From the NCBI GenBank assembly GCA_964016885.1, contig OZ024758.1, positions 36,022,001-36,086,000 of the forward strand: DNA of 64,000 bases. Reading direction: 5' to 3'. The translations under genes were made by a program, and so were the position numbers. The DNA is from Eledone cirrhosa (Eukaryota). This document shows, piece by piece, positions 1-13,400 of the stretch. The notes beneath the pieces were generated by a model. It saw only the letters and a list, made by a program, of their open reading frames with translations, did not search any database and was not told the DNA's origin. Every line of letters starts with the position of its first letter. The first letter of the stretch is position 1.

Positions 1-2586
1 TATTAGCTGTCAGAAGGAACGCCACTGTTGGTGAGAATTCATTTAAGTTCATGGTATTAGCTGTCAGAAGTAACTCCACTGTTGGTGAGAATTCATTTAA
101 GTTCATGGTACTAGCTGTCAGAAGTAACTCCAATGTTGGTGAGAATTCATTTACGTTCATGGTATTAGCTGTCAGAAGGAACTCCACTGTTGCTGAGAAT
201 TCATTTAAGTTCATGGTATTAGCTGTCAGAAGTAACTCCACTGTTGGTGAGAATTCATTTAAGTTCATGGTACTAGCTGTCAGAAGTCACTCCACTGTTG
301 GTGAGAATACATTTAAGTTCATGGTACAAGCTGTCAGAAGTAACCCCAATGTTGGTGAGAATTCATTTAAGTTCATGGTATTAGCTGTCAGAAGTCACTC
401 CAATGTTGGTGAGAATTCATTTAAGTTCATGGTATTAGCTGTCAGAAGTAACTCCACTGTTGGTAAGAATTCATTTAAGTTCATGGTATTAGCTGTCAGA
501 AGTAACTCCACTGTTGGTGTGAATTCATTTAAGTTCATGGTATTAGCTGTCAGAAGGAACGCCACTGTTGGTGAGAATTCATTTAAGTTCATGGTATTAG
601 CTGTCAGAAGTAACTCCACTGTTGGTGAGAATTCATTTAAGTTCATGGTACTAGCTGTCAGAAGTAACTCCACTGTTGGTGAGAATTCATTTAAGTTCAT
701 GGTATTAGCTGTCAGAAGTCACTCCAATGTTGGTGAGAATTCATTTAAGTTCATGGTATTAGCTGTCAGAAGTCACTCCACTGTTGGTGAGAATTCATTT
801 AAGTTCATGGTACTAGCTGTCAGAAGTAACCCCAATGTTGGTGAGAATTCATTTAAGTTCATGGTATTAGCTGTCAGAAGTCACTCCAATTTTGGTGAGA
901 ATTCATTTAAGTTCATGGTATTAGCTGTCAGAAGTCACTCCACTGTTGGTGAGAATTCATTTAAGTTCATGGTACTAGCTGTCAGAAGTAACCCCAATGT
1001 TGGTGAGAATTCATTTAAGTTCATGGTATTAGCTGTCAGAAGTCACTCCAATGTTGGTGAGAATTCATTTAAGTTCATGGTATTAGCTGTCAGAAGTAAC
1101 TCCACTGTTGGTGAGAATTCATTTAAGTTCATGGTATTAGCTGTCAGAAGTAACTCCACTGTTGGTGAGAATTCATTTAAGTTCATGGTATTAGCTGTCA
1201 GAAGTAACTCCACTGTTGGTGAGAATTCATTTAAGTCATGGTATTAGCTGTCAGAAGTAACTCCAATGTTGGTGAGAATTCATTTAAGTTCATGGTATTA
1301 GCTGTCAGAAGTCACTCCACTGTTGGTGAGAATTCATTTAAGTTCATGGTACTAGCTGTCAGAAGTAACCCCAATGTTGGTGAGAATTCATTTAAGTTCA
1401 TGGTATTAGCTGTCAGAAGTCACTCCAATGTTGGTGAGAATTCATTTAAGTTCATGGTATTAGCTGTCAGAAGTAACTCCACTGTTGGTGAGAATTCATT
1501 TAAGTTCATGGTATTAGCTGTCAGAAGTAACTCCACTGTTGGTGAGAATTCATTTAAGTTCATTGTATTAGCTGTCAGAAGGAACGCCACTGTTGGTGAG
1601 AATTCATTTAAGTTCATGGTATTAGCTGTCAGAAGTAACTCCACTGTTGGTGAGAATTCATTTAAGTTCATGGTACTAGCTGTCAGAAGTAACTCCAATG
1701 TTGGTGAGAATTCATTTAAGTTCATGGTATTAGCTGTCAGAAGGAACTCCACTGTTGCTGAGAATTCATTTAAGTTCATGGTATTAGCTGTCAGAAGTAA
1801 CTCCACTGTTGGTGAGAATTCATTTAAGTTCATGGTACTAGCTGTCAGAAGTCACTCCACTGTTGGTGAGAATACATTTAAGTTCATGGTACTAGCTGTC
1901 AGAAGTAACCCCAATGTTGGTGAGAATTCATTTAAGTTCATGGTATTAGCTGTCAGAAGTCACTCCAATGTTGGTGAGAATTCATTTAAGTTCATGGTAT
2001 TAGCTGTCAGAAGTAACTCCACTGTTGGTAAGAATTCATTTAAGTTCATGGTATTAGCTGTCAGAAGTAACTCCACTGTTGGTGAGAATTCATTTAAGTT
2101 CATGGTATTAGCTGTCAGAAGTAACTCCACTGTTGGTGAGAATTCATTTAAGTTCATGGTACTAGCTGTCAGAAGTAACTCCACTGTTGGTGAGAATTCA
2201 TTTAAGTTCATGGTATTAGCTGTCAGAAGTCACTCCAATGTTGGTGAGAATTCATTTAAGTTCATGGTATTAGCTGTCAGAAGTCACTCCACTGTTGGTG
2301 AGAATTCATTTAAGTTCATGGTACTAGCTGTCAGAAGTAACCCCAATGTTGGTGAGAATTCATTTAAGTTCATGGTATTAGCTGTCAGAAGTCACTCCAA
2401 TGTTGGTGAGAATTCATTTAAGTTCATGGTATTAGCTGTCAGAAGTAACTCCACTGTTGGTGAGAATTCATTTAAGTTCATGGTATTAGCTGTCAGAAGT
2501 AACTCCACTGTTGGTGAGAATTCATTTAAGTTCATTCTATTAGCTGTCAGAAGTAACTCCACTGTTGGTGAGAATTCATTTAAGTC

Positions 2587-4473
2587 ATGGTATTAGCTGT
2601 CAGAAGTAACTCCAATGTTGGTGAGAATTCATTTAAGTTCATGGTATTAGCTGTCAGAAGTCACTCCACTGTTGGTGAGAATTCATTTAAGTTCATGGTA
2701 CTAGCTGTCAGAAGTAACCCCAATGTTGGTGAGAATTCATTTAAGTTCATGGTATTAGCTGTCAGAAGTCACTCCAATGTTGGTGAGAATTCATTTAAGT
2801 TCATGGTATTAGCTGTCAGAAGTAACTCCACTGTTGGTGAGAATTCATTTAAGTTCATGGTATTAGCTGTCAGAAGTAACTCCACTGTTGGTGAGAATTC
2901 ATTTAAGTTCATGGTATTAGCTGTCAGAAGTAACTCCACTGTTGGTGAGAATTCATTTAAGTTCATGGTATTAGCTGTCAGAAGGAACTCCAATGTTGGT
3001 GAGAATTCATTTAAGTCATGGTACTAGCTGTCAGAAGTAACTCCACTGTTGGTGAGAATTCATTTAAGTTCATGGTATTAGCTGTCAGAAGGAACGCCAC
3101 TGTTGGTGAGAATTCATTTAAATTCATGGTATTAGCTGTCAGAAGTAACTCCACTGTTGGTGAGAATTCATTTAAGTTCATGGTACTAGCTGTCAGAAGT
3201 AACTCCAATGTTGGTGAGAATTCATTTAAGTTCATGGTATTAGCTGTCAGAAGTAACTCCACTGTTGGTGAGAATTCATTTAAGTTCATGGTATTAGCTG
3301 TCAGAAGTCACTCCAATGTTGGTGAGAATTCATTTAAGTCATGGTACTAGCTGTCAGAAGTAACTCCACTGTTGGTGAGAATTCATTTAAGTTCATTGTA
3401 TTAGCTGTCAGAAGGAACGCCACTGTTGGTGAGAATTCATTTAAGTTCATGGTATTAGCTGTCAGAAGTAACTCCACTGTTGGTGAGAATTCATTTAAGT
3501 TCATGGTACTAGCTGTCAGAAGTAACTCCAATGTTGGTGAGAATTCATTTAAGTTCATGGTATTAGCTGTCAGAAGGAACTCCACTGTTGCTGAGAATTC
3601 ATTTAAGTTCATGGTATTAGCTGTCAGAAGTAACTCCACTGTTGGTGAGAATTCATTTAAGTTCATGGTACTAGCTGTCAGAAGTCACTCCACTGTTGGT
3701 GAGAATACATTTAAGTTCATGGTACTAGCTGTCAGAAGTAACCCCAATGTTGGTGAGAATTCATTTAAGTTCATGGTATTAGCTGTCAGAAGTCACTCCA
3801 ATGTTGGTGAGAATTCATTTAAGTTCATGGTATTAGCTGTCAGAAGTAACTCCACTGTTGGTAAGAATTCATTTAAGTTCATGGTATTAGCTGTCAGAAG
3901 TAACTCCACTGTTGGTGAGAATTCATTTAAGTTCATGGTATTAGCTGTCAGAAGGAACGCCACTGTTGGTGAGAATTCATTTAAGTTCATGGTATTAGCT
4001 GTCAGAAGTAACTCCACTGTTGGTGAGAATTCATTTAAGTTCATGGTACTAGCTGTCAGAAGTAACTCCACTGTTGGTGAGAATTCATTTAAGTTCATGG
4101 TATTAGCTGTCAGAAGTCACTCCAATGTTGGTGAGAATTCATTTAAGTTCATGGTATTAGCTGTCAGAAGTCACTCCACTGTTGGTGAGAACTCATTTAA
4201 GTTCATGGTACTAGCTGTCAGAAGTAACCCCAATGTTGGTGAGAATTCATTTAAGTTCATGGTATTAGCTGTCAGAAGTCACTCCAATGTTGGTGAGAAT
4301 TCATTTAAGTTCATGGTATTAGCTGTCAGAAGTAACTCCACTGTTGGTGAGAATTCATTTAAGTTCATGGTATTAGCTGTCAGAAGTAACTCCACTGTTG
4401 GTGAGAATTCATTTAAGTTCATGGTATTAGCTGTCAGAAGTAACTCCACTGTTGGTGAGAATTCATTTAAGTC
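2587..4473. repeat. Type copy of a 35-monomer (1887 bp) higher-order repeat: blocks of 8+6+21 monomers, each closed by a 53-bp monomer
   Basis: Blocks start at 2587, 3018 and 3341, and the pattern restarts at 4474 (35x54-3 = 1887). The same variant order recurs at 24322-26262 with one extra monomer, and in shortened forms at 27934-29496, 35805-37367 and 57903-59411. The 8-monomer 431-bp block occurs 22 times in the window. Confidence 0.8.
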
Positions 4474-7400
4474 ATGGTATTAGCTGTCAGAAGTAACTCC
4501 AATGTTGGTGAGAATTCATTTAAGTTCATGGTATTAGCTGTCAGAAGTCACTCCACTGTTGGTGAGAATTCATTTAAGTTCATGGTACTAGCTGTCAGAA
4601 GTAACCCCAATGTTGGTGAGAATTCATTTAAGTTCATGGTATTAGCTGTCAGAAGTCATTCCAATGTTGGTGAGAATTCATTTAAGTTCATGGTATTAGC
4701 TGTCAGAAGTAACTCCACTGTTGGTGAGAATTCATTTAAGTTCATGGTATTAGCTGTCAGAAGTAACTCCACTGTTGGTGAGAATTCATTTAAGTTCATG
4801 GTATTAGCTGTCAGAAGTAACTCCACTGTTGGTGAGAATTCATTTAAGTTCATGGTATTAGCTGTCAGAAGGAACTCCAATGTTGGTGAGAATTCATTTA
4901 AGTCATGGTACTAGCTGTCAGAAGTAACTCCACTGTTGGTGAGAATTCATTTAAGTTCATGGTATTAGCTGTCAGAAGGAACGCCACTGTTGGTGAGAAT
5001 TCATTTAAATTCATGGTATTAGCTGTCAGAAGTAACTCCACTGTTGGTGAGAATTCATTTAAGTTCATGGTATTAGCTGTCAGAAGTCACTCCAATGTTG
5101 GTGAGAATTCATTTAAGTTCATGGTATTAGCTGTCAGAAGTAACTCCACTGTTGGTAAGAATTCATTTAAGTTCATGGTATTAGCTGTCAGAAGTAACTC
5201 CACTGTTGGTGAGAATTCATTTAAGTTCATGGTATTAGCTGTCAGAAGGAACGCCACTGTTGGTGAGAATTCATTTAAGTTCATGGTATTAGCTGTCAGA
5301 AGTAACTCCACTGTTGGTGAGAATTCATTTAAGTGCATGGTACTAGCTGTCAGAAGTAACTCCACTGTTGGTGAGAATTCATTTAAGTTCATGGTATTAG
5401 CTGTCAGAAGTCACTCCAATGTTGGTGAGAATTCATTTAAGTTCATGGTATTAGCTGTCAGAAGTCACTCCACTGTTGGTGAGAATTCATTTAAGTTCAT
5501 GGTACTAGCTGTCAGAAGTAACCCCAATGTTGGTGAGAATTCATTTAAGTTCATGGTATTAGCTGTCAGAAGTCACTCCAATGTTGGTGAGAATTCATTT
5601 AAGTTCATGGTATTAGCTGTCAGAAGTAACTCCACTGTTGGTGAGAATTCATTTAAGTTCATGGTATTAGCTGTCAGAAGTAACTCCACTGTTGGTGAGA
5701 ATATATTTAAGTTCATGGTATTAGCTGTCAGAAGTAACTCCACTGTTGGTGAGAATTCATTTAAGTTCATGGTATTAGCTGTCAGAAGGAACTCCAATGT
5801 TGGTGAGAATTCATTTAAGTCATGGTACTAGCTGTCAGAAGTAACTCCACTGTTGGTGAGAATTCATTTAAGTTCATGGTATTAGCTGTCAGAAGTCACT
5901 CCAATGTTGGTGAGAATTCATTTAAGTTCATGGTATTAGCTGTCAGAAGTAACTCCACTGTTGGTAAGAATTCATTTAAGTTCATGGTATTAGCTGTCAG
6001 AAGTAACTCCACTGTTGGTGAGAATTCATTTAAGTTCATGGTATTAGCTGTCAGAAGGAACGCCACTGTTGGTGAGAATTCATTTAAGTTCATGGTATTA
6101 GCTGTCAGAAGTAACTCCACTGTTGGTGAGAATTCATTTAAGTTCATGGTACTAGCTGTCAGAAGTAACTCCACTGTTGGTGAGAATTCATTTAAGTTCA
6201 TGGTATTAGCTGTCAGAAGTCACTCCAATGTTGGTGAGAATTCATTTAAGTTCATGGTATTAGCTGTCAGAAGTCACTCCACTGTTGGTGAGAATTCATT
6301 TAAGTTCATGGTACTAGCTGTCAGAAGTAACCCCAATGTTGGTGAGAATTCATTTAAGTTCATGGTATTAGCTGTCAGAAGTCACTCCAATGTTGGTGAG
6401 AATTCATTTAAGTTCATGGTATTAGCTGTCAGAAGTAACTCCACTGTTGGTGAGAATTCATTTAAGTTCATGGTATTTGCTGTCAGAAGTCACTCCACTG
6501 TTGGTGAGAATTCATTTAAGTTCATGGTATTAGCTGTCAGAAGTAACTCCACTGTTGGTGAGAATTCATTTAAGTCATTGTATTAGCTGTCAGAAGTAAC
6601 TCCACTGTTGGTGAGAATTCATTTAAGTTCATGGTACTAGCTGTCAGAAGTCACTCCACTGTTGGTGAGAATACATTTAAGTTCATGGTATTAGCTGTCA
6701 GAAGTAACCCCAATGTTGGTGAGAATTCATTTAAGTTCATGGTACTAGTTGTCAGAAGTAACTCCACTGTTGGTGAGAATTCATTTAAGTTCATGGTATT
6801 AGTTGTCAGAAGTAACCCCAATGTTGGTGAGAATTCATTTAAGTTCATGGTACTAGTTGTCAGAAGTAACTCCACTGTTGGTGAGAATACATTTAAGTTC
6901 ATGGTATTAGCTGTCAGAAGTAACTCCACTGTTGGTGAGAATTCATTTAAGTTCATGGTATTAGCTGTCAGAAGTAACCCCAATGTTGGTGAGAATTCAT
7001 TTAAGTTCATGGTATTAGCTGTCAGAAGTAACTCCACTGTTGGTGAGAATTCATTTAAGTTCATGGTACTAGCTGTCAGAAGTCACTCCACTGTTGGTGA
7101 GAATACATTTAAGTTCATGGTACTAGCTGTCAGAAGTAACCCCAATGTTGGTGAGAATTCATTTAAGTTCATGGTATTAGCTGTCAGAAGTCACTCCAAT
7201 GTTGGTGAGAATTCATTTAAGTTCATGGTATTAGCTGTCAGAAGTAACTCCACTGTTGGTAAGAATTCATTTAAGTTCATGGTATTAGCTGTCAGAAGTA
7301 ACTCCACTGTTGGTGTGAATTCATTTAAGTTCATGGTATTAGCTGTCAGAAGGAACGCCACTGTTGGTGAGAATTCATTTAAGTTCATGGTATTAGCTGT

Positions 7401-10400
7401 CAGAAGTAACTCCACTGTTGGTGAGAATTCATTTAAGTTCATGGTACTAGCTGTCAGAAGTAACTCCACTGTTGGTGAGAATTCATTTAAGTTCATGGTA
7501 TTAGCTGTCAGAAGTCACTCCAATGTTGGTGAGAATTCATTTAAGTTCATGGTATTAGCTGTCAGAAGTCACTCCACTGTTGGTGAGAATTCATTTAAGT
7601 TCATGGTACTAGCTGTCAGAAGTAACCCCAATGTTGGTGAGAATTCATTTAAGTTCATGGTATTAGCTGTCAGAAGTCACTCCAATGTTGGTGAGAATTC
7701 ATTTAAGTTCATGGTATTAGCTGTCAGAAGTCACTCCACTGTTGGTGAGAATTCATTTAAGTTCATGGTACTAGCTGTCAGAAGTAACCCCAATGTTGGT
7801 GAGAATTCATTTAAGTTCATGGTATTAGCTGTCAGAAGTCACTCCAATGTTGGTGAGAATTCATTTAAGTTCATGGTATTAGCTGTCAGAAGTAACTCCA
7901 CTGTTGGTGAGAATTCATTTAAGTTCATGGTATTAGCTGTCAGAAGTAACTCCACTGTTGGTGAGAATTCATTTAAGTCATGGTATTAGCTGTCAGAAGT
8001 AACTCCAATGTTGGTGAGAATTCATTTAAGTTCATGGTATTAGCTGTCAGAAGTCACTCCACTGTTGGTGAGAATTCATTTAAGTTCATGGTACTAGCTG
8101 TCAGAAGTAACCCCAATGTTGGTGAGAATTCATTTAAGTTCATGGTATTAGCTGTCAGAAGTAACCCCAATGTTGGTGAGAATTCATTTAAGTTCATGGT
8201 ATTAGCTGTCAGAAGTAACTCCACTGTTGGTAAGAATTCATTTAAGTTCATGGTATTAGCTGTCAGAAGTAACTCCACTGTTGGTGTGAATTCATTTAAG
8301 TTCATGGTATTAGCTGTCAGAAGTAACTCCACTGTTGGTAAGAATTCATTTAAGTTCATGGTATTAGCTGTCAGAAGTAACTCCAATGTTGGTGAGAATT
8401 CATTTAAGTTCATGGTATTAGCTGTCAGAAGTAACTCCACTGTTGGTAAGAATTCATTTAAGTTCATGGTATTAGCTGTCAGAAGTAACTCCACTGTTGG
8501 TGTGAATTCATTTAAGTTCATGGTATTAGCTGTCAGAAGGAACGCCACTGTTGGTGAGAATTCATTTAAGTTCATGGTATTAGCTGTCAGAAGTAACTCC
8601 ACTGTTGGTGAGAATTCATTTAAGTTCATGGTACTAGCTGTCAGAAGTAACTCCACTGTTGGTGAGAATTCATTTAAGTTCATGGTATTAGCTGTCAGAA
8701 GTCACTCCAATGTTGGTGAGAATTCATTTAAGTTCATGGTATTAGCTGTCAGAAGTCACTCCACTGTTGGTGAGAATTCATTTAAGTTCATGGTACTAGC
8801 TGTCAGAAGTAACCCCAATGTTGGTGAGAATTCATTTAAGTTCATGGTATTAGCTGTCAGAAGTCACTCCAATGTTGGTGAGAATTCATTTAAGTTCATG
8901 GTATTAGCTGTCAGAAGTCACTCCACTGTTGGTGAGAATTCATTTAAGTTCATGGTACTAGCTGTCAGAAGTAACCCCAATGTTGGTGAGAATTCATTTA
9001 AGTTCATGGTATTAGCTGTCAGAAGTCATTCCAATGTTGGTGAGAATTCATTTAAGTTCATGGTATTAGCTGTCAGAAGTAACTCCACTGTTGGTGAGAA
9101 TTCATTTAAGTTCATGGTACTAGCTGTCAGAAGTCACTCCACTGTTGGTGAGAATACATTTAAGTTCATGGTACTAGCTGTCAGAAGTAACCCCAATGTT
9201 GGTGAGAATTCATTTAAGTTCATGGTATTAGCTGTCAGAAGTCACTCCAATGTTGGTGAGAATTCATTTAAGTTCATGGTATTAGCTGTCAGAAGTAACT
9301 CCACTGTTGGTAAGAATTCATTTAAGTTCATGGTATTAGCTGTCAGAAGTAACTCCACTGTTGGTGAGAATTCATTTAAGTTCATGGTATTAGCTGTCAG
9401 AAGGAACGCCACTGTTGGTGAGAATTCATTTAAGTTCATGGTATTAGCTGTCAGAAGTAACTCCACTGTTGGTGAGAATTCATTTAAGTTCATGGTACTA
9501 GCTGTCAGAAGTAACTCCACTGTTGGTGAGAATTCATTTAAGTTCATGGTATTAGCTGTCAGAAGTCACTCCAATGTTGGTGAGAATTCATTTAAGTTCA
9601 TGGTATTAGCTGTCAGAAGTCACTCCACTGTTGGTAAGAACTCATTTAAGTTCATGGTACTAGCTGTCAGAAGTAACCCCAATGTTGGTGAGAATTCATT
9701 TAAGTTCATGGTATTAGCTGTCAGAAGTCACTCCAATGTTGGTGAGAATTCATTTAAGTTCATGGTATTAGCTGTCAGAAGTAACTCCACTGTTGGTGAG
9801 AATTCATTTAAGTTCATGGTATTAGCTGTCAGAAGTAACTCCACTGTTGGTGAGAATTCATTTAAGTTCATGGTATTAGCTGTCAGAAGTAACTCCACTG
9901 TTGGTGAGAATTCATTTAAGTCATGGTATTAGCTGTCAGAAGTAACTCCAATGTTGGTGAGAATTCATTTAAGTTCATGGTATTAGCTGTCAGAAGTCAC
10001 TCCACTGTTGGTGAGAATTCATTTAAGTTCATGGTACTAGCTGTCAGAAGTAACCCCAATGTTGGTGAGAATTCATTTAAGTTCATGGTATTAGCTGTCA
10101 GAAGTCATTCCAATGTTGGTGAGAATTCATTTAAGTTCATGGTATTAGCTGTCAGAAGTAACTCCACTGTTGGTGAGAATTCATTTAAGTTCATGGTATT
10201 AGCTGTCAGAAGTAACTCCACTGTTGGTGAGAATTCATTTAAGTTCATGGTATTAGCTGTCAGAAGTAACTCCACTGTTGGTGAGAATTCATTTAAGTTC
10301 ATGGTATTAGCTGTCAGAAGGAACTCCAATGTTGGTGAGAATTCATTTAAGTCATGGTACTAGCTGTCAGAAGTAACTCCACTGTTGGTGAGAATTCATT

Positions 10401-13400
10401 TAAGTTCATGGTATTAGCTGTCAGAAGGAACGCCACTGTTGGTGAGAATTCATTTAAATTCATGGTATTAGCTGTCAGAAGTAACTCCACTGTGGGTGAG
10501 AATTCATTTAAGTTCATGGTATTAGCTGTCAGAAGTCACTCCAATGTTGGTGAGAATTCATTTAAGTTCATGGTATTAGCTGTCAGAAGTAACTCCACTG
10601 TTGGTAAGAATTCATTTAAGTTCATGGTATTAGCTGTCAGAAGTAACTCCACTGTTGGTGAGAATTCATTTAAGTTCATGGTATTAGCTGTCAGAAGGAA
10701 CGCCACTGTTGGTGAGAATTCATTTAGGTTCATGGTATTAGCTGTCAGAAGTAACTCCACTGTTGGTGAGAATTCATTTAAGTGCATGGTACTAGCTGTC
10801 AGAAGTAACTCCACTGTTGGTGAGAATTCATTTAAGTTCATAGTATTAGCTGTCAGAAGTCACTCCAATGTTGGTGAGAATTCATTTAAGTTCATGGTAT
10901 TAGCTGTCAGAAGTCACTCCACTGTTGGTGAGAATTCATTTAAGTTCATGGTACTAGCTGTCAGAAGTAACCCCAATGTTGGTGAGAATTCATTTAAGTT
11001 CATGGTATTAGCTGTCAGAAGTCACTCCAATGTTGGTGAGAATTCATTTAAGTTCATGGTATTAGCTGTCAGAAGTAACTCCACTGTTGGTGAGAATTCA
11101 TTTAAGTTCATGGTATTAGCTGTCAGAAGTAACTCCACTGTTGTTGAGAATATATTTAAGTTCATGGTATTAGCTGTCAGAAGTAACTCCACTGTTGGTG
11201 AGAATTCATTTAAGTTCATGGTATTAGCTGTCAGAAGGAACTCCAATGTTGGTGAGAATTCATTTAAGTCATGGTACTAGCTGTCAGAAGTAACTCCACT
11301 GTTGGTGAGAATTCATTTAAGTTCATGGTATTAGCTGTCAGAAGTCACTCCAATGTTGGTGAGAATTCATTTAAGTTCATGGTATTAGCTGTCAGAAGTA
11401 ACTCCACTGTTGGTAAGAATTCATTTAAGTTCATGGTATTAGCTGTCAGAAGTAACTCCACTGTTGGTGAGAATTCATTTAAGTTCATGGTATTAGCTGT
11501 CAGAAGGAACGCCACTGTTGGTGAGAATTCATTTAAGTTCATGGTATTAGCTGTCAGAAGTAACTCCACTGTTGGTGAGAATTCATTTAAGTTCATGGTA
11601 CTAGCTGTCAGAAGTAACTCCACTGTTGGTGAGAATTCATTTAAGTTCATGGTATTAGCTGTCAGAAGTCACTCCAATGTTGGTGAGAATTCATTTAAGT
11701 TCATGGTATTAGCTGTCAGAAGTCACTCCACTGTTGGTGAGAATTCATTTAAGTTCATGGTACTAGCTGTCAGAAGTAACCCCAATGTTGGTGAGAATTC
11801 ATTTAAGTTCATGGTATTAGCTGTCAGAAGTCACTCCAATGTTGGTGAGAATTCATTTAAGTTCATGGTATTAGCTGTCAGAAGTAACTCCACTGTTGGT
11901 GAGAATTCATTTAAGTTCATGGTATTTGCTGTCAGAAGTCACTCCACTGTTGGTGAGAATTCATTTAAGTTCATGGTATTAGCTGTCAGAAGTAACTCCA
12001 CTGTTGGTGAGAATTCATTTAAGTCATTGTATTAGCTGTCAGAAGTAACTCCACTGTTGGTGAGAATTCATTTAAGTTCATGGTACTAGCTGTCAGAAGT
12101 CACTCCACTGTTGGTGAGAATACATTTAAGTTCATGGTATTAGCTGTCAGAAGTAACCCCAATGTTGGTGAGAATTCATTTAAGTTCATGGTACTAGTTG
12201 TCAGAAGTAACTCCACTGTTGGTGAGAATTCATTTAAGTTCATGGTATTAGTTGTCAGAAGTAACCCCAATGTTGGTGAGAATTCATTTAAGTTCATGGT
12301 ACTAGTTGTCAGAAGTAACTCCACTGTTGGTGAGAATACATTTAAGTTCATGGTATTAGCTGTCAGAAGTAACTCCACTGTTGGTGAGAATTCATTTAAG
12401 TTCATGGTATTAGCTGTCAGAAGTAACCCCAATGTTGGTGAGAATTCATTTAAGTTCATGGTATTAGCTGTCAGAAGTAACTCCACTGTTGGTGAGAATT
12501 CATTTAAGTTCATGGTACTAGCTGTCAGAAGTCACTCCACTGTTGGTGAGAATACATTTAAGTTCATGGTACTAGCTGTCAGAAGTAACCCCAATGTTGG
12601 TGAGAATTCATTTAAGTTCATGGTATTAGCTGTCAGAAGTCACTCCAATGTTGGTGAGAATTCATTTAAGTTCATGGTATTAGCTGTCAGAAGTAACTCC
12701 ACTGTTGGTAAGAATTCATTTAAGTTCATGGTATTAGCTGTCAGAAGTAACTCCACTGTTGGTGTGAATTCATTTAAGTTCATGGTATTAGCTGTCAGAA
12801 GGAACGCCACTGTTGGTGAGAATTCATTTAAGTTCATGGTATTAGCTGTCAGAAGTAACTCCACTGTTGGTGAGAATTCATTTAAGTTCATGGTACTAGC
12901 TGTCAGAAGTAACTCCACTGTTGGTGAGAATTCATTTAAGTTCATGGTATTAGCTGTCAGAAGTCACTCCAATGTTGGTGAGAATTCATTTAAGTTCATG
13001 GTATTAGCTGTCAGAAGTCACTCCACTGTTGGTGAGAATTCATTTAAGTTCATGGTACTAGCTGTCAGAAGTAACCCCAATGTTGGTGAGAATTCATTTA
13101 AGTTCATGGTATTAGCTGTCAGAAGTCACTCCAATGTTGGTGAGAATTCATTTAAGTTCATGGTATTAGCTGTCAGAAGTCACTCCACTGTTGGTGAGAA
13201 TTCATTTAAGTTCATGGTACTAGCTGTCAGAAGTAACCCCAATGTTGGTGAGAATTCATTTAAGTTCATGGTATTAGCTGTCAGAAGTCACTCCAATGTT
13301 GGTGAGAATTCATTTAAGTTCATGGTATTAGCTGTCAGAAGTAACTCCACTGTTGGTGAGAATTCATTTAAGTTCATGGTATTAGCTGTCAGAAGTAACT

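Noticed and set aside
79-95. CENP-B box (CTGTTGGTGAGAA loosely resembles TTCGTTGGAAACGGGA)
   Set aside because: The essential TTCG and CGGG core bases are absent, and the consensus has no CpG.
1230-1247. Programmed frameshifting or phase variation linking the overlapping ORFs at each 53-bp monomer
   Set aside because: The apparent 10-bp ORF overlaps are the automatic result of a 1-bp deletion in a repeat that begins with ATG. There is no slippery heptamer or long homopolymer, and no evidence of coding function.
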